Both the position numbers and the translations under genes were made by a program. DNA of 64,000 nucleotides from a virus, in IMG/VR virus record IMGVR_UViG_3300022554_000002, positions 32,001 to 96,000 of that record; one strand, given 5' to 3'. Below, in pieces: positions 10,063-19,247 of this stretch. Under the pieces are notes generated by a model. It ran no database searches. It had not been told where the DNA came from and saw only the letters and a list, made by a program, of their open reading frames with translations. Within the stretch, counting starts at the first letter, position 1. Each line of letters begins with the position of its first letter.

Positions 10063-10090
10063 ATTTTACAGGCAAACATCATTTTGTCAA
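10063..10090 (-). promoter_or_regulatory. Sigma70-type promoter TTGACA-N16-TAAAAT
   Basis: CTTGACA and TGTAAAAT upstream of 10045. Confidence 0.7.
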
Positions 10091-10429
10091 GTCATTATTT
10101 TTATTTAAATCGTTTGTATGCAATGTGATAACACCAACAAATGGTTTTTTCTGAAAAATACCAATATAATCAACAAATTTATGAAACACATTAGCTAGTC
10201 GATGAATGGCAAACACATAAGCAAAGAAAATTGAAAGTGGCATAAAGAAAATGAAATAAAAAGCAATCCAGACACTAATACAATAGGGACAAAAATCATC
10301 AACGGGTGAGAACACTAATCTCACTGGTTTGAACAATTCTGATTTAGTCAATATCTCAGTTACAGCCTCTACAGCAATTATTAATACAATTAGATCACGA
10401 ATCGATAGTTCGGTAATCACATTCAGCAT
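10079..10429 (-). CDS. Membrane protein, DUF1360-like
   Basis: Hydrophobic helices with the FCPYCISVWIA motif. Confidence 0.6.
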   Translation of the reverse strand: MLNVITELSIRDLIVLIIAVEAVTEILTKSELFKPVRLVFSPVDDFCPYCISVWIAFYFIFFMPLSIFFAYVFAIHRLANVFHKFVDYIGIFQKKPFVGVITLHTNDLNKNNDLTK

Positions 10430-10586
10430 TTGAACACCAGAATATTACTAATTCTCCCTTTACTGTCTTTCCCAATGGTGCACTGCAATTCGGACACAAT
10501 CTATCTGTAAGTTGATTCCCTTCCTTTTCCACAACTACTGTAGGTGTTAATATTCTTGGTGGGTTTGGATTACAATTACAACCCAT
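10395..10586 (-). CDS. Small zinc-finger protein
   Basis: CPNC...CSNAEC; N-terminal GCNC. Confidence 0.6.
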   Translation of the reverse strand: MGCNCNPNPPRILTPTVVVEKEGNQLTDRLCPNCSAPLGKTVKGELVIFWCSNAECDYRTIDS

Positions 10587-11091
10587 AAGGTGAATAAACC
10601 TCTAAATCGTACAATTCACCCTTGAAATGTGCTTTCAAAGGTAAATCAACAAATTTAAAAGTTTCATACCCAATTTTAGTTTGTTTAACAATATTAGTAA
10701 TTTTTGAATGTTCTGCTGCCCACCGATCCTTGCAAAATTCATCCCAAATTGGATGAAATATGATTTTCTTTACTCTTGCATTAATTAAATTGCCCAAACA
10801 ATGAATACAAGGTCTACCCGTGACAAACGCTAGTGAGTTTGCTGTACTATGTCCCAATCTAGCGGCATTTAAAACAGCATTATGCTCTGCGTGAATAACA
10901 GAATCATATTTTTCGTCAGTATGTAACACGCTATCATCTGTACCTTCAGGCATTCCATTATAACCATAGGAAATGGGCCTAAAAGTATCATCTACCAAGA
11001 AACAACCATGTTTAGAAGATGGGTCTTTAGACCAAGATGAAACGTGAAATGCCATACCCATGCAACGTGCATACCATTGATTTAAATTCAT
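10576..11091 (-). CDS. dCMP deaminase (cytidine/deoxycytidylate deaminase family)
   Basis: SKDPSSKHGC, GYNG, HAEHNA and PCIHC motifs. Confidence 0.92.
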   Translation of the reverse strand: MNLNQWYARCMGMAFHVSSWSKDPSSKHGCFLVDDTFRPISYGYNGMPEGTDDSVLHTDEKYDSVIHAEHNAVLNAARLGHSTANSLAFVTGRPCIHCLGNLINARVKKIIFHPIWDEFCKDRWAAEHSKITNIVKQTKIGYETFKFVDLPLKAHFKGELYDLEVYSPYGL

Positions 11092-11092
11092 T

Positions 11093-11332
11093 CTATTTCC
11101 TTGTGTGGTAAACTTCAAAAACTTGACTATCTTGAATTGGTGGCATTACTCTAATATAGTAAATTTGTTGCTCTAACAATTTTTTGTATTGGTCTAAAAT
11201 TATTTGTTCTCTAACGTACTCACATAGACTAGGTGTTTTAAATGTGCTATAATCCTTCTCTAACACACCACAATGCTTACAAGCCATTGTAATACTTGTA
11301 AAACCGGTATTTACAAACTCATGTTTACACAT
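11093..11332 (-). CDS. Small hypothetical protein (CKH..CKHC)
   Basis: 79-aa ORF packed in operon. Confidence 0.55.
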   Translation of the reverse strand: MCKHEFVNTGFTSITMACKHCGVLEKDYSTFKTPSLCEYVREQIILDQYKKLLEQQIYYIRVMPPIQDSQVFEVYHTRK

Positions 11333-11335
11333 ATA

Positions 11336-11557
11336 CTAACTCCTGCAACATTTTTTAAACTTCTTGCCAGAACCACAAGGACAAGGAGCATTACCACGAA
11401 TCACCTTACCAGCAGACAAACGAGAAATGTAAGCCCTGCCGGGACCAGCAACAGACTTGGTAGACAACACAACTTTTGACTCTAAAGCACCTTCTTGAAA
11501 CAACGGCAGTTCCTTCTTAGGTTCTTCTTTTTTAACTTCGGTTTCCGGCTTATCCAT
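11336..11557 (-). CDS. SEC-C motif protein
   Basis: C-terminal RGNAPCPCGSGKKFKKCC. Confidence 0.85.
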   Translation of the reverse strand: MDKPETEVKKEEPKKELPLFQEGALESKVVLSTKSVAGPGRAYISRLSAGKVIRGNAPCPCGSGKKFKKCCRS

Positions 11558-12233
11558 TCTTAATCTCCTTGTGTTCCACATCAATAACAGGTTTACCACC
11601 AACTAGGTCTGGTGACAAAGTATCGGCCACTAGGTTTATTATAAGGCTCTTCACGTCATCTGTCAAGCGATTTTCTGCTTCAATTTTATCACAGAACCGT
11701 TCCATGTTTTGTGCAAGAATATTAATGCTGATTGCCGGTTGGACTTGGCCTTGAATCCTAGCCATAAGTTCAACAGTAGCACGTATTTCTTGCAATAAAT
11801 TGAGGAAAAATCCTGCCCTTGACTCTAGAACAGGTGTTTCAGGATTGCGAAGCTTGTCCAACTCTGATTCCAGAATGGTTACTGACTTTTCTAATTTACT
11901 CATAACCTTTTGATGTGCCTGAACTATAGATAGATTACCTGCTTCGGTATTGGAAGGTGATTTTTCTAGTTCCATCTTGGAAGAACGTAAGAATTGTTCA
12001 ACATTGGAAGCACTAATCATTACATACTGGTTCTGATCACCATTCTTAACACGTTCCATTAACTTAGCATTACATTCTTTAGCAATTTTATAACTACTAA
12101 ATTCTTGGAACTTTAAATCCCAACACAACTCACTCAAATTATATCTTTTTATACGACTTTCATGTAATGATCGTTCAGCTTCCAATATTCCTAATTCTTC
12201 TGCTTGTGCAGATGTCAACAATTCACCAGCCAT
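11550..12233 (-). CDS. Hypothetical helical protein (weakly terminase-small-subunit-like)
   Basis: 227-aa ORF. EIRATVELMARIQGQV...INI pattern is only suggestive. Confidence 0.5.
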   Translation of the reverse strand: MAGELLTSAQAEELGILEAERSLHESRIKRYNLSELCWDLKFQEFSSYKIAKECNAKLMERVKNGDQNQYVMISASNVEQFLRSSKMELEKSPSNTEAGNLSIVQAHQKVMSKLEKSVTILESELDKLRNPETPVLESRAGFFLNLLQEIRATVELMARIQGQVQPAISINILAQNMERFCDKIEAENRLTDDVKSLIINLVADTLSPDLVGGKPVIDVEHKEIKNG

Positions 12234-12235
12234 GA

Positions 12236-12901
12236 TTACCCCTTTAACTGATCTTTATTTTCTAACCAAAAAGCCTTGATTTCATTATTAACTTTACTGA
12301 TTTTTGCAGCAGGAAGATCCAACAATCTAGAAACCTCATTAAATTTCAAAGAATAGCCATAAATCAAAAACATTACATCAGCATGTAAATCACTTTGTAG
12401 CTTGGTACGTATGAAATTACACATATTTATGAAGTTCTGAGTCACACCTGTAGGAGTTTGAATGTCTTCCAACTCTACACTATCAGAATGTATCATAGGA
12501 TGCAAATCTACGTGGTGGAGATTCTTTTCCAAATCATTTGACTCAGGTTTTATAGGGTGTAAAAGCCTGTAAACCTCCCAATCCATAGTACGCTTTAAAT
12601 AATTAGAAAAATAAACAGTGGTAAACCCCTCTTTTTTCTTCTTATTTGTAAATTCTGAGTTATACCGAAGAATAATCTTGTAAAAAATACCACGAACTAA
12701 ATTAAACACATCTTTATATGTCAAATTTTGAGAACGGGACTGTTTTACAATATTATAGGTAGTAGACTTTAATAAAGAAGAATAAATACGCTCTAGTTCA
12801 TCAAAATAAAAATCTACTGATTCATTTGTATAGGCAGCATATTGTATATGATCAACTAAAAGTGCAATATATTCAAAATTAGTAATTGATTTTCGTTGCA
12901 T
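12236..12901 (-). CDS. Phage RNA polymerase sigma factor (sigma70/ECF-like)
   Basis: Region-2-like DVFNLVRGIFYKIILRYN...FSNYLKRTMDWEV and region-4-like VMFLIYGYSLKFNEVSRLLDLPAAKISKV. Start moved to ATG 12901 (SD GGAG). Confidence 0.7.
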   Translation of the reverse strand: MQRKSITNFEYIALLVDHIQYAAYTNESVDFYFDELERIYSSLLKSTTYNIVKQSRSQNLTYKDVFNLVRGIFYKIILRYNSEFTNKKKKEGFTTVYFSNYLKRTMDWEVYRLLHPIKPESNDLEKNLHHVDLHPMIHSDSVELEDIQTPTGVTQNFINMCNFIRTKLQSDLHADVMFLIYGYSLKFNEVSRLLDLPAAKISKVNNEIKAFWLENKDQLKG

Positions 12902-13205
12902 CAGACTCCGCAAACTTTTTAACAAATCCCAAGAGTATTCTGGCTGTACTCTTGTAATCCGTGGTAATTGATTGTGAAAATACAGTAAGCTTGTAGGTGT
13001 CATTGTTTGTCCATTTCAATACTACATCCCTTGGACACAAAACATCAAATTTACAATTTAAAAATTCTATTACAAAATTAGCAAAATCCTGCCTTATTAA
13101 AATTTCCTTTGACTGTAATAAGGCATGTATTGGTTCTAGCCTATTTAATCCTGATATAATACAACTGCTTTGGAAATCAATTTCCTCTGCTTTTCGTGTA
13201 CCCAT
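12879..13205 (-). CDS. Hypothetical protein
   Basis: 108-aa ORF between the GT fusion and the sigma factor. Confidence 0.6.
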   Translation of the reverse strand: MGTRKAEEIDFQSSCIISGLNRLEPIHALLQSKEILIRQDFANFVIEFLNCKFDVLCPRDVVLKWTNNDTYKLTVFSQSITTDYKSTARILLGFVKKFAESDATKINY

Positions 13206-15389
13206 TTATTCTCGTACCAATGTATTGTAAAACCCCTGTGTTTGTTTTGCAATACTCTTCCAACTGTACCGTTCTACGAATAAATCTCGCAAATTAAGGA
13301 AATTAGCACTGTACTCTGACTCTGCCGCTTTTCTAAGAAATACATTCGCATTAGGCATCCATTCTTGTAAATTGTCTGGGTTTTCCCCTACAAAGTGTAA
13401 TAATCCTTCATAATGAACAACATCCATGAAGAAACTATTCTTTAATGTCATAATAGGTGTTCCAGCCTTTAAACATGTACGTATTGCTGCTGAAACTCCA
13501 TATCCACCGTATTCTGAATATGGTAGGAATATTGCAGTTGTTTCAGACAATTTTTTAACAATTTCATTTTCAGGAAGATAATCCTCAACCCAATTGAAAT
13601 TACTAATATCAAGACGCTTGACTAACTCCTTACATCGTACAAAATAACCGGAATCATTATCAGGTTTAGTAGAAAAAACAAGGAAATCAACATCTGGTCG
13701 GTTCTTTGCATAATATGCTAATTTATCAACACCTTTATGGAAATAACAAAAACCAAAGAATCCAATTGTAGGTTTTTCAAGCTTTTTCTCAGGCTTAATA
13801 CACTCGTCTGGTTTAATACCCATTGGAATAACAGTAATCTTATTATTATCTTTAGAAAAACCACAACAATTAATTAAAACATCTCGCATAATTGGCGAAG
13901 ACACAATAATATTAACATTATTACGAATTAAGACTTCATGATAGTCCCATGCTCTAGGATTTACTGTATGCATTGTTACTACTAACTTCATATTAGCATC
14001 TTTACAATATTTGGCTAAAATTTCCAATCGTTTTGGTGACATAAATTGATATTCTAATTGTACATGTACTATATTAACATCATATTTATCCAAAACTGTG
14101 TTGTAATAAATAGACTCATTACCAGCAAGCAAACTATTAGCCAAATGTGTAGGATTCTCATTAAATCCAGTGTATAATGCAGTACTATAATCTGCAATAC
14201 CACATTTTGTTCCTGCTGATTTGCAAAACATGGCTAAATTAAATTTGCCGTCTAGTGCTGGAACAGAAACAGGTTTTGATCGTTTGTAATTATGATTTTG
14301 AATAGTATCAATTAACTGCTGAGATACCTTATTCAGGTCACACATGCCCTTAAGCTTGGTAGAAAGTGCCAAACCCTTATCATTAGAATTATCATTCAAT
14401 GCTGCACGTAATTGCTTCTTGGCAGAGAACTTAATAGGAGCAAACCAACGTAAACCATCATAATAACGAGCAACAGGACCATCACAAATGGCTGGAATGG
14501 TTTGAGAGTTGATTAAATATGCTGTTTCCGGTGTTGCATATGCTGTATATGCAGAATGATTAGGCACAATTAAAGTTTTGCCCAAAACACCACAAATTGA
14601 TTCTGACATGCCCCATCCTTCACCATATGACATGCTAATATAATGTGTACACCAGTGATACAACGAATACATTGCTGCTTCAGTAAGAAAATCAGTAAGT
14701 ATATAAATAGGTGCACATTTATTATCTTTTAAAAGGTGTTTTACCTTTTCGCGGAAAAAGTCTAACTTCAATCCAGAATTAGAGTTAAGCTTAAGAACAA
14801 GACAAGCATCATCAGTTGGTTTTGTCTCTTCGCACCACAAACGAATAAGATTTTCTAAGTTTTTTCTTGTTACAAATTCAGAGCAATTCAAGAACCGCTT
14901 AGAATAGTTATTAATTACATTTAATCCTTCAGCTAATTTTGTTACAACAGGTGGCTGTAAAATCTTATCAATATTCAATGGACATGGACAAACAGCAAGT
15001 TTATTTTCAGGCACTCCACTTGATGCAAATGATTTTTTATTGAATTCTGTTGGTACTATGACTAAATCCAGTGGTTCAGTACTCTTCGCCCAAAGAGTAC
15101 AAATAGAATCTGCTTCAAACATGGTATAACAGACATTCTTGATAGTTACTTCCAAGCGTGTCTGATCCAACAAGGAAAAATTAAGCAAAAAATCAGGCTG
15201 AACATTGTTCTGCTCGTATTGATTCAAAATATGATCAATTTCGGTCTGTGCTCTGAAATTTGACCACTCTTTAAATTCCATAAGACGAACATTGTTCATA
15301 TTATTCCACCAACCTAGAATAAAATTACGAACGACATTATCATAACCTGTAACACCACGATATGGGCCAAAAGCAGCAAAATTAGCCAT
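13206..15389 (-). CDS. Tandem GT4-GT4 (GT-B) glycosyltransferase fusion
   Basis: N-half: TGYDNVVRN, RKNLENL, SYGEGWGM. C-half: CGIADYS, VHVQLEY, VTMHTV, GFFGFCYFHKG, SAAIRTCL. Confidence 0.85.
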   Translation of the reverse strand: MANFAAFGPYRGVTGYDNVVRNFILGWWNNMNNVRLMEFKEWSNFRAQTEIDHILNQYEQNNVQPDFLLNFSLLDQTRLEVTIKNVCYTMFEADSICTLWAKSTEPLDLVIVPTEFNKKSFASSGVPENKLAVCPCPLNIDKILQPPVVTKLAEGLNVINNYSKRFLNCSEFVTRKNLENLIRLWCEETKPTDDACLVLKLNSNSGLKLDFFREKVKHLLKDNKCAPIYILTDFLTEAAMYSLYHWCTHYISMSYGEGWGMSESICGVLGKTLIVPNHSAYTAYATPETAYLINSQTIPAICDGPVARYYDGLRWFAPIKFSAKKQLRAALNDNSNDKGLALSTKLKGMCDLNKVSQQLIDTIQNHNYKRSKPVSVPALDGKFNLAMFCKSAGTKCGIADYSTALYTGFNENPTHLANSLLAGNESIYYNTVLDKYDVNIVHVQLEYQFMSPKRLEILAKYCKDANMKLVVTMHTVNPRAWDYHEVLIRNNVNIIVSSPIMRDVLINCCGFSKDNNKITVIPMGIKPDECIKPEKKLEKPTIGFFGFCYFHKGVDKLAYYAKNRPDVDFLVFSTKPDNDSGYFVRCKELVKRLDISNFNWVEDYLPENEIVKKLSETTAIFLPYSEYGGYGVSAAIRTCLKAGTPIMTLKNSFFMDVVHYEGLLHFVGENPDNLQEWMPNANVFLRKAAESEYSANFLNLRDLFVERYSWKSIAKQTQGFYNTLVRE

Positions 15390-15481
15390 TACTTTTTACT
15401 CCTGAACAATCCTGTGAAAAAGAAAACCACAGCAAAAACCTTATCCATAATCCAACCAACAAAACTTCCAAATGCGTCCAT
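15389..15481 (-). CDS. Small hydrophobic peptide (30 aa)
   Basis: Hand translation MDAFGSFVGWIMDKVFAVVFFFTGLFRSKK; fills the gap exactly, with TAATG coupling. Confidence 0.6.
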   Translation of the reverse strand: MDAFGSFVGWIMDKVFAVVFFFTGLFRSKK

Positions 15482-15483
15482 TT

Positions 15484-16563
15484 TTAACTCCGCAACATGC
15501 TATCAACCAACTGCTCAAATGTATATTCCTGACTCCATCCCAATTCTGTCTTAATCTTTGTTGGATCACAAAGTAAATAATCGACTTCTGCTGGACGATA
15601 ATACTGCAAATCAACTGCAACAACCGTTTGACCGCGAACAGTAACATGTTCACACGTGCCAGAACCAGCAAACTCAAATGTTTCATTACCCAATACTTTA
15701 GATAATACAATTGTTAAAAAATCTCTCACTGAATATGCATGTCCAGAACCAAACGCATAAGATTTCCACACCCCATCCCAATTTTTATTATATTCATCTT
15801 GATGCATGATACGATAAATGGCATCCACTGAGTCTAAAGCGTGTGACCAATCCCGTTTTGCATCCATATTGCCAAGATACAGACAGGGTAAATTGTTAAA
15901 ACTCCATTTTGATGCATCATCAGCAATAAAACTCTGTGTCCCATTTCCTAATGGAACTTCTAGAGCACTTTTTAGCTCATTAGCCCAATTTGTAATCTTT
16001 TTAGTCACAAAATTGTCACCACGTCTTGGAGACTCAGTATTAAACATAAAACCACATGCTGCTTTAAGTCCATATGCCTGACTATAAATACGAACCATAT
16101 GGTGTGCTGCCAATTTCGCACAACCGTATGGCGATTGTGGCATTAATGGTGTATCTTCATTTTGTGGTGGGGGAGATTTACCGAATAATTCTGATGTACT
16201 AGCTTGATACAGCCTTGTATGTTTGGAATAATGTCTAATTGCCTCTAAAATATTCAATACACCAACAGCGTCAATCTCAAATGTCGTTGTTGGCTGTTCA
16301 AAACTGGAACCAACATGTGATTGTGCAGCTAAATTCACAACACAATCATATTGACCGGCCTGAATTATATGATTCATACAGCTTGGGTCAGTAAGATCAC
16401 CTTCAATTAGCTGAATTTCATTCAAAATATGCTTAATATTCTTATTATTTTCTACAGACTTACGACGATTCAATCCATGAACTTCGTAACCCTTATCTAG
16501 CAAATATTCTGCCATGTAAGAACCAACTTGGCCAGTTATACCTGTAATTAGTGCTTTAGACAT
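15484..16563 (-). CDS. gmd: GDP-mannose 4,6-dehydratase
   Basis: ALITGITGQVGSY, NLAAQSHV, QASTSELFG, SPYGCAK, NTESPRRG, GNMDAKRDW and YRPAEVD. Confidence 0.95.
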   Translation of the reverse strand: MSKALITGITGQVGSYMAEYLLDKGYEVHGLNRRKSVENNKNIKHILNEIQLIEGDLTDPSCMNHIIQAGQYDCVVNLAAQSHVGSSFEQPTTTFEIDAVGVLNILEAIRHYSKHTRLYQASTSELFGKSPPPQNEDTPLMPQSPYGCAKLAAHHMVRIYSQAYGLKAACGFMFNTESPRRGDNFVTKKITNWANELKSALEVPLGNGTQSFIADDASKWSFNNLPCLYLGNMDAKRDWSHALDSVDAIYRIMHQDEYNKNWDGVWKSYAFGSGHAYSVRDFLTIVLSKVLGNETFEFAGSGTCEHVTVRGQTVVAVDLQYYRPAEVDYLLCDPTKIKTELGWSQEYTFEQLVDSMLRS

Positions 16564-16572
16564 TATTTTCTC

Positions 16573-17814
16573 CTACACCAATCGTGTGACACGAAGTGCA
16601 TTACTGTCATATTTCAACACTTCTTCGATAGCTTTATCCCACATATCTACACAGGTTTCCCATGTATACTTTTTCACATCTTCTACGCCCTGTAGAGACT
16701 TTTGTTTTAACTCTTCTCGGTTATCATAGGCTCTTTGAATACAGGCAGTATAATCTTCAAAAGAACCAACTGCACGATGTGTATGAAAACCACCCACATG
16801 CAACGTATATGGGCAGAAATATGAATTTTTCTCATTACAAAAATCAGTATGACCAGAGAAATTGAAAACAATTGGAACTGTGCCTGCGGCCATAGCAGAA
16901 CAAATGGTTAATCCAAATCCTTCACCATTTGCAGGATGAATTAACACGTCAGAAGCGGCAATACTCGCTGCAATCATATTATCAGGCTGATCTTGTGGAA
17001 TCAAGATTAAATTTTTTGTGTCCTGCATAAAGCAACCAAGATCATAGACACCAATCTGCTGACTGATTGCTGCGCTGTGTGTAAATAGTAAAAAAGTAAC
17101 GTCTGCTTTATTTTTCTCAAATCGTTTCCATGCTTCATATTGCAAACCAAGATTTTTACGATCTTGGTTTGCACCAACGAAAATAGCAACAAATTTATTG
17201 ACTAAATTCAACTTACCCCTTGTGACTTGTGCTATTTGTTTCCGTAATTCCTCTTTTCCATTTTTTGGATAATGATATTGATTAAAATCAATACCATATG
17301 GAATAACATCAACTTTTAAATCTGCCCAACGATCTTCAATTACTTTCTTACCATAAAATGCAGGAGAAACAATCTTATCATATGGCTTAAGCGTATCATA
17401 CCACTTCCAATAAGCCGGTTCTCCATCAATTGTAACATAGCCTATAAATTTAATATTTGGAAACTTAGCCTTTAAATGTGGAAGAGTTGAAAATAACCAA
17501 GGATCATGTGAAAAAATGACAACTTCTGGATGAGTACAATTAATAACCTTTTCCATATCATTACAATCAATTATCGACATTACGCCTTGTTTCTTTTCTT
17601 CCTCATTTACTCCCCCTCTACGAGCAGGAATAATTGATATATCAGGTAAAGTCTGTTTTGTTTCAGGCTTAACCTTAGTAATTTCGTCTTCACCAAAACC
17701 AAGCTGAATAATTTGATGTTTAGCTTTCAATCGTGCAATAATATTTCTAGAGACAACTGATTGACCAACATAGGGAATACGTAAGCTATCAGAAATCCAA
17801 AGAACCTTAGCCAT
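16573..17814 (-). CDS. Glycosyltransferase family 4 (GT-B)
   Basis: VIPYGID, FVGANQDRKN, SDVLIHPANGEGFGL and SAMAAGTVPI. Confidence 0.9.
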   Translation of the reverse strand: MAKVLWISDSLRIPYVGQSVVSRNIIARLKAKHQIIQLGFGEDEITKVKPETKQTLPDISIIPARRGGVNEEEKKQGVMSIIDCNDMEKVINCTHPEVVIFSHDPWLFSTLPHLKAKFPNIKFIGYVTIDGEPAYWKWYDTLKPYDKIVSPAFYGKKVIEDRWADLKVDVIPYGIDFNQYHYPKNGKEELRKQIAQVTRGKLNLVNKFVAIFVGANQDRKNLGLQYEAWKRFEKNKADVTFLLFTHSAAISQQIGVYDLGCFMQDTKNLILIPQDQPDNMIAASIAASDVLIHPANGEGFGLTICSAMAAGTVPIVFNFSGHTDFCNEKNSYFCPYTLHVGGFHTHRAVGSFEDYTACIQRAYDNREELKQKSLQGVEDVKKYTWETCVDMWDKAIEEVLKYDSNALRVTRLV

Positions 17815-18372
17815 TTACTTAACCTCACTTTTAGCTTCTTCTAACAACAGTCGTTCTCGCTCAATTCTAGCAGCAAGAATGCATTCCCACCATAACTTTA
17901 TATCTTTTCTATACATTACAACCCAAAAACCACGATGATGATGATAAACAAGACAAACACAAGTAACTTTCTTGTTTTTGTCAAGTAATGACTCTTCTTT
18001 AATTTTTACAGTATTTTTGAATAATGTCAACGCTCGTGGAGGTTTAGTAGGTAGATAATCTAATGTTTTTACCGTACAACCATCCACGAGTCGTTGAGCA
18101 TCTTCGTTATGAAAGACAATTATATCATCACCTAGATTGACAATAGGAACTACATTGATGTTACAGGTAGCTTTTGCTTTTAACCATTGTTTTATAACAA
18201 CATGATAAGAACGATCACGTTTACACTCATTAAAAATAGTAGGATGTGGGCTATCTGCCCTACTCACTCCACTATTTCCACCGCTAAGTGGCAACCTACC
18301 CGATTTTCCTATACCCTTCGCACCCAACCAAACGCCAATACGTGATTCAGCAGCCTTCCACGTCTTTGACAT
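17815..18372 (-). CDS. Holliday junction resolvase-like PD-(D/E)xK nuclease
   Basis: WKAAESRI...RLPLSGG...AD...NECKR pattern. Confidence 0.7.
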   Translation of the reverse strand: MSKTWKAAESRIGVWLGAKGIGKSGRLPLSGGNSGVSRADSPHPTIFNECKRDRSYHVVIKQWLKAKATCNINVVPIVNLGDDIIVFHNEDAQRLVDGCTVKTLDYLPTKPPRALTLFKNTVKIKEESLLDKNKKVTCVCLVYHHHRGFWVVMYRKDIKLWWECILAARIERERLLLEEAKSEVK

Positions 18373-18743
18373 TAAAATCCTTTTTTACCACAGACTGTAC
18401 ATCTACCCTTGTGAATTGCAGATACCCATTTACCATTATTGTGTCGATCAAACTTTACATGTAAACATAAATCTTTGTTTATAAATTCTGATTTAAAATC
18501 TGAAAATAAAGCTGTGTTATCAATAGAAATATATTCTATTTGTCTACCTTCCAATTCATCCCAAGCCTTCTTACATGCTTCATGTAGTCTTGGGTCACTT
18601 AGACCAACTTTAACTGGTGGCAAAGTATAATCTGAACGACGATCAACATAAGGCCAACAATGCAAAGATTTGCATGTACCAAAAAATCTAAATCTCTGTA
18701 CTTGTTTTGACATTCTTGCTAATAAAACTCTACGCTTCCACAT
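18372..18743 (-). CDS. Hypothetical protein
   Basis: 123-aa ORF with Cys/His pairs. Confidence 0.6.
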   Translation of the reverse strand: MWKRRVLLARMSKQVQRFRFFGTCKSLHCWPYVDRRSDYTLPPVKVGLSDPRLHEACKKAWDELEGRQIEYISIDNTALFSDFKSEFINKDLCLHVKFDRHNNGKWVSAIHKGRCTVCGKKGF

Positions 18744-18930
18744 TATCTTTCTCTACCCTTAAAGCTTCTTTTGGTACAATAATTTCATGTATGGCAAAAC
18801 CATTAACACTACTACCGCTAATAAATTTACAACGAACCATACCATCATTATTATGATTAAAAGAAACTACAGTCATAGAAGGACCACCACTTTTTAACAT
18901 AACAACATCACCAAGTTTAATATCATTCAT
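18730..18930 (-). CDS. YodC / DUF2158 family protein
   Basis: IKLGDVVMLKSGGPSMTV signature. Confidence 0.85.
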   Translation of the reverse strand: MNDIKLGDVVMLKSGGPSMTVVSFNHNNDGMVRCKFISGSSVNGFAIHEIIVPKEALRVEKDNVEA

Positions 18931-19198
18931 TTTTTGGCTCCTTTTGTGTTATTTCATTGTTGGGACCAACAACAAATTCACGCATAGTAACGTCAGCAAA
19001 ATCAAGAATAATCTGACCCTTAAATCCAGAATCCTTGAATGCCATAGCAAACATTTCAACCTGCTCATTAAGATCATCAACATTATCAACGTCAACAAGA
19101 ACCAACAATTTATCATCTGGTCCATATTTTGCTAGTTCAGAAATAGCAATAACTTTCTTAATCTTAGGTTGTCCCTTAATCTGGAATTCTTCTAACAT
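18923..19198 (-). CDS. Hypothetical protein
   Basis: 91-aa ORF after a promoter and SD AAGGAG. Confidence 0.65.
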   Translation of the reverse strand: MLEEFQIKGQPKIKKVIAISELAKYGPDDKLLVLVDVDNVDDLNEQVEMFAMAFKDSGFKGQIILDFADVTMREFVVGPNNEITQKEPKNE

Positions 19199-19217
19199 AC
19201 TATTCTCCTTTAATCAC

Positions 19218-19245
19218 ATTATACAGCAAAATAAAGATTTGTCAA
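19218..19245 (-). promoter_or_regulatory. Sigma70-type promoter TTGACA-N16-TATAAT
   Basis: Perfect hexamers, 16-nt spacer. Confidence 0.8.
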
Positions 19246-19247
19246 GC

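Noticed and set aside
11550-12233. Terminase small subunit call
   Set aside because: Resemblance is only impressionistic and no large terminase is nearby; left as hypothetical.
12902-13003. Long overlap between the sigma ORF and 12879..13205 as dual coding
   Set aside because: Explained by a downstream ATG (12901) with a good SD; the upstream extension is probably not translated.
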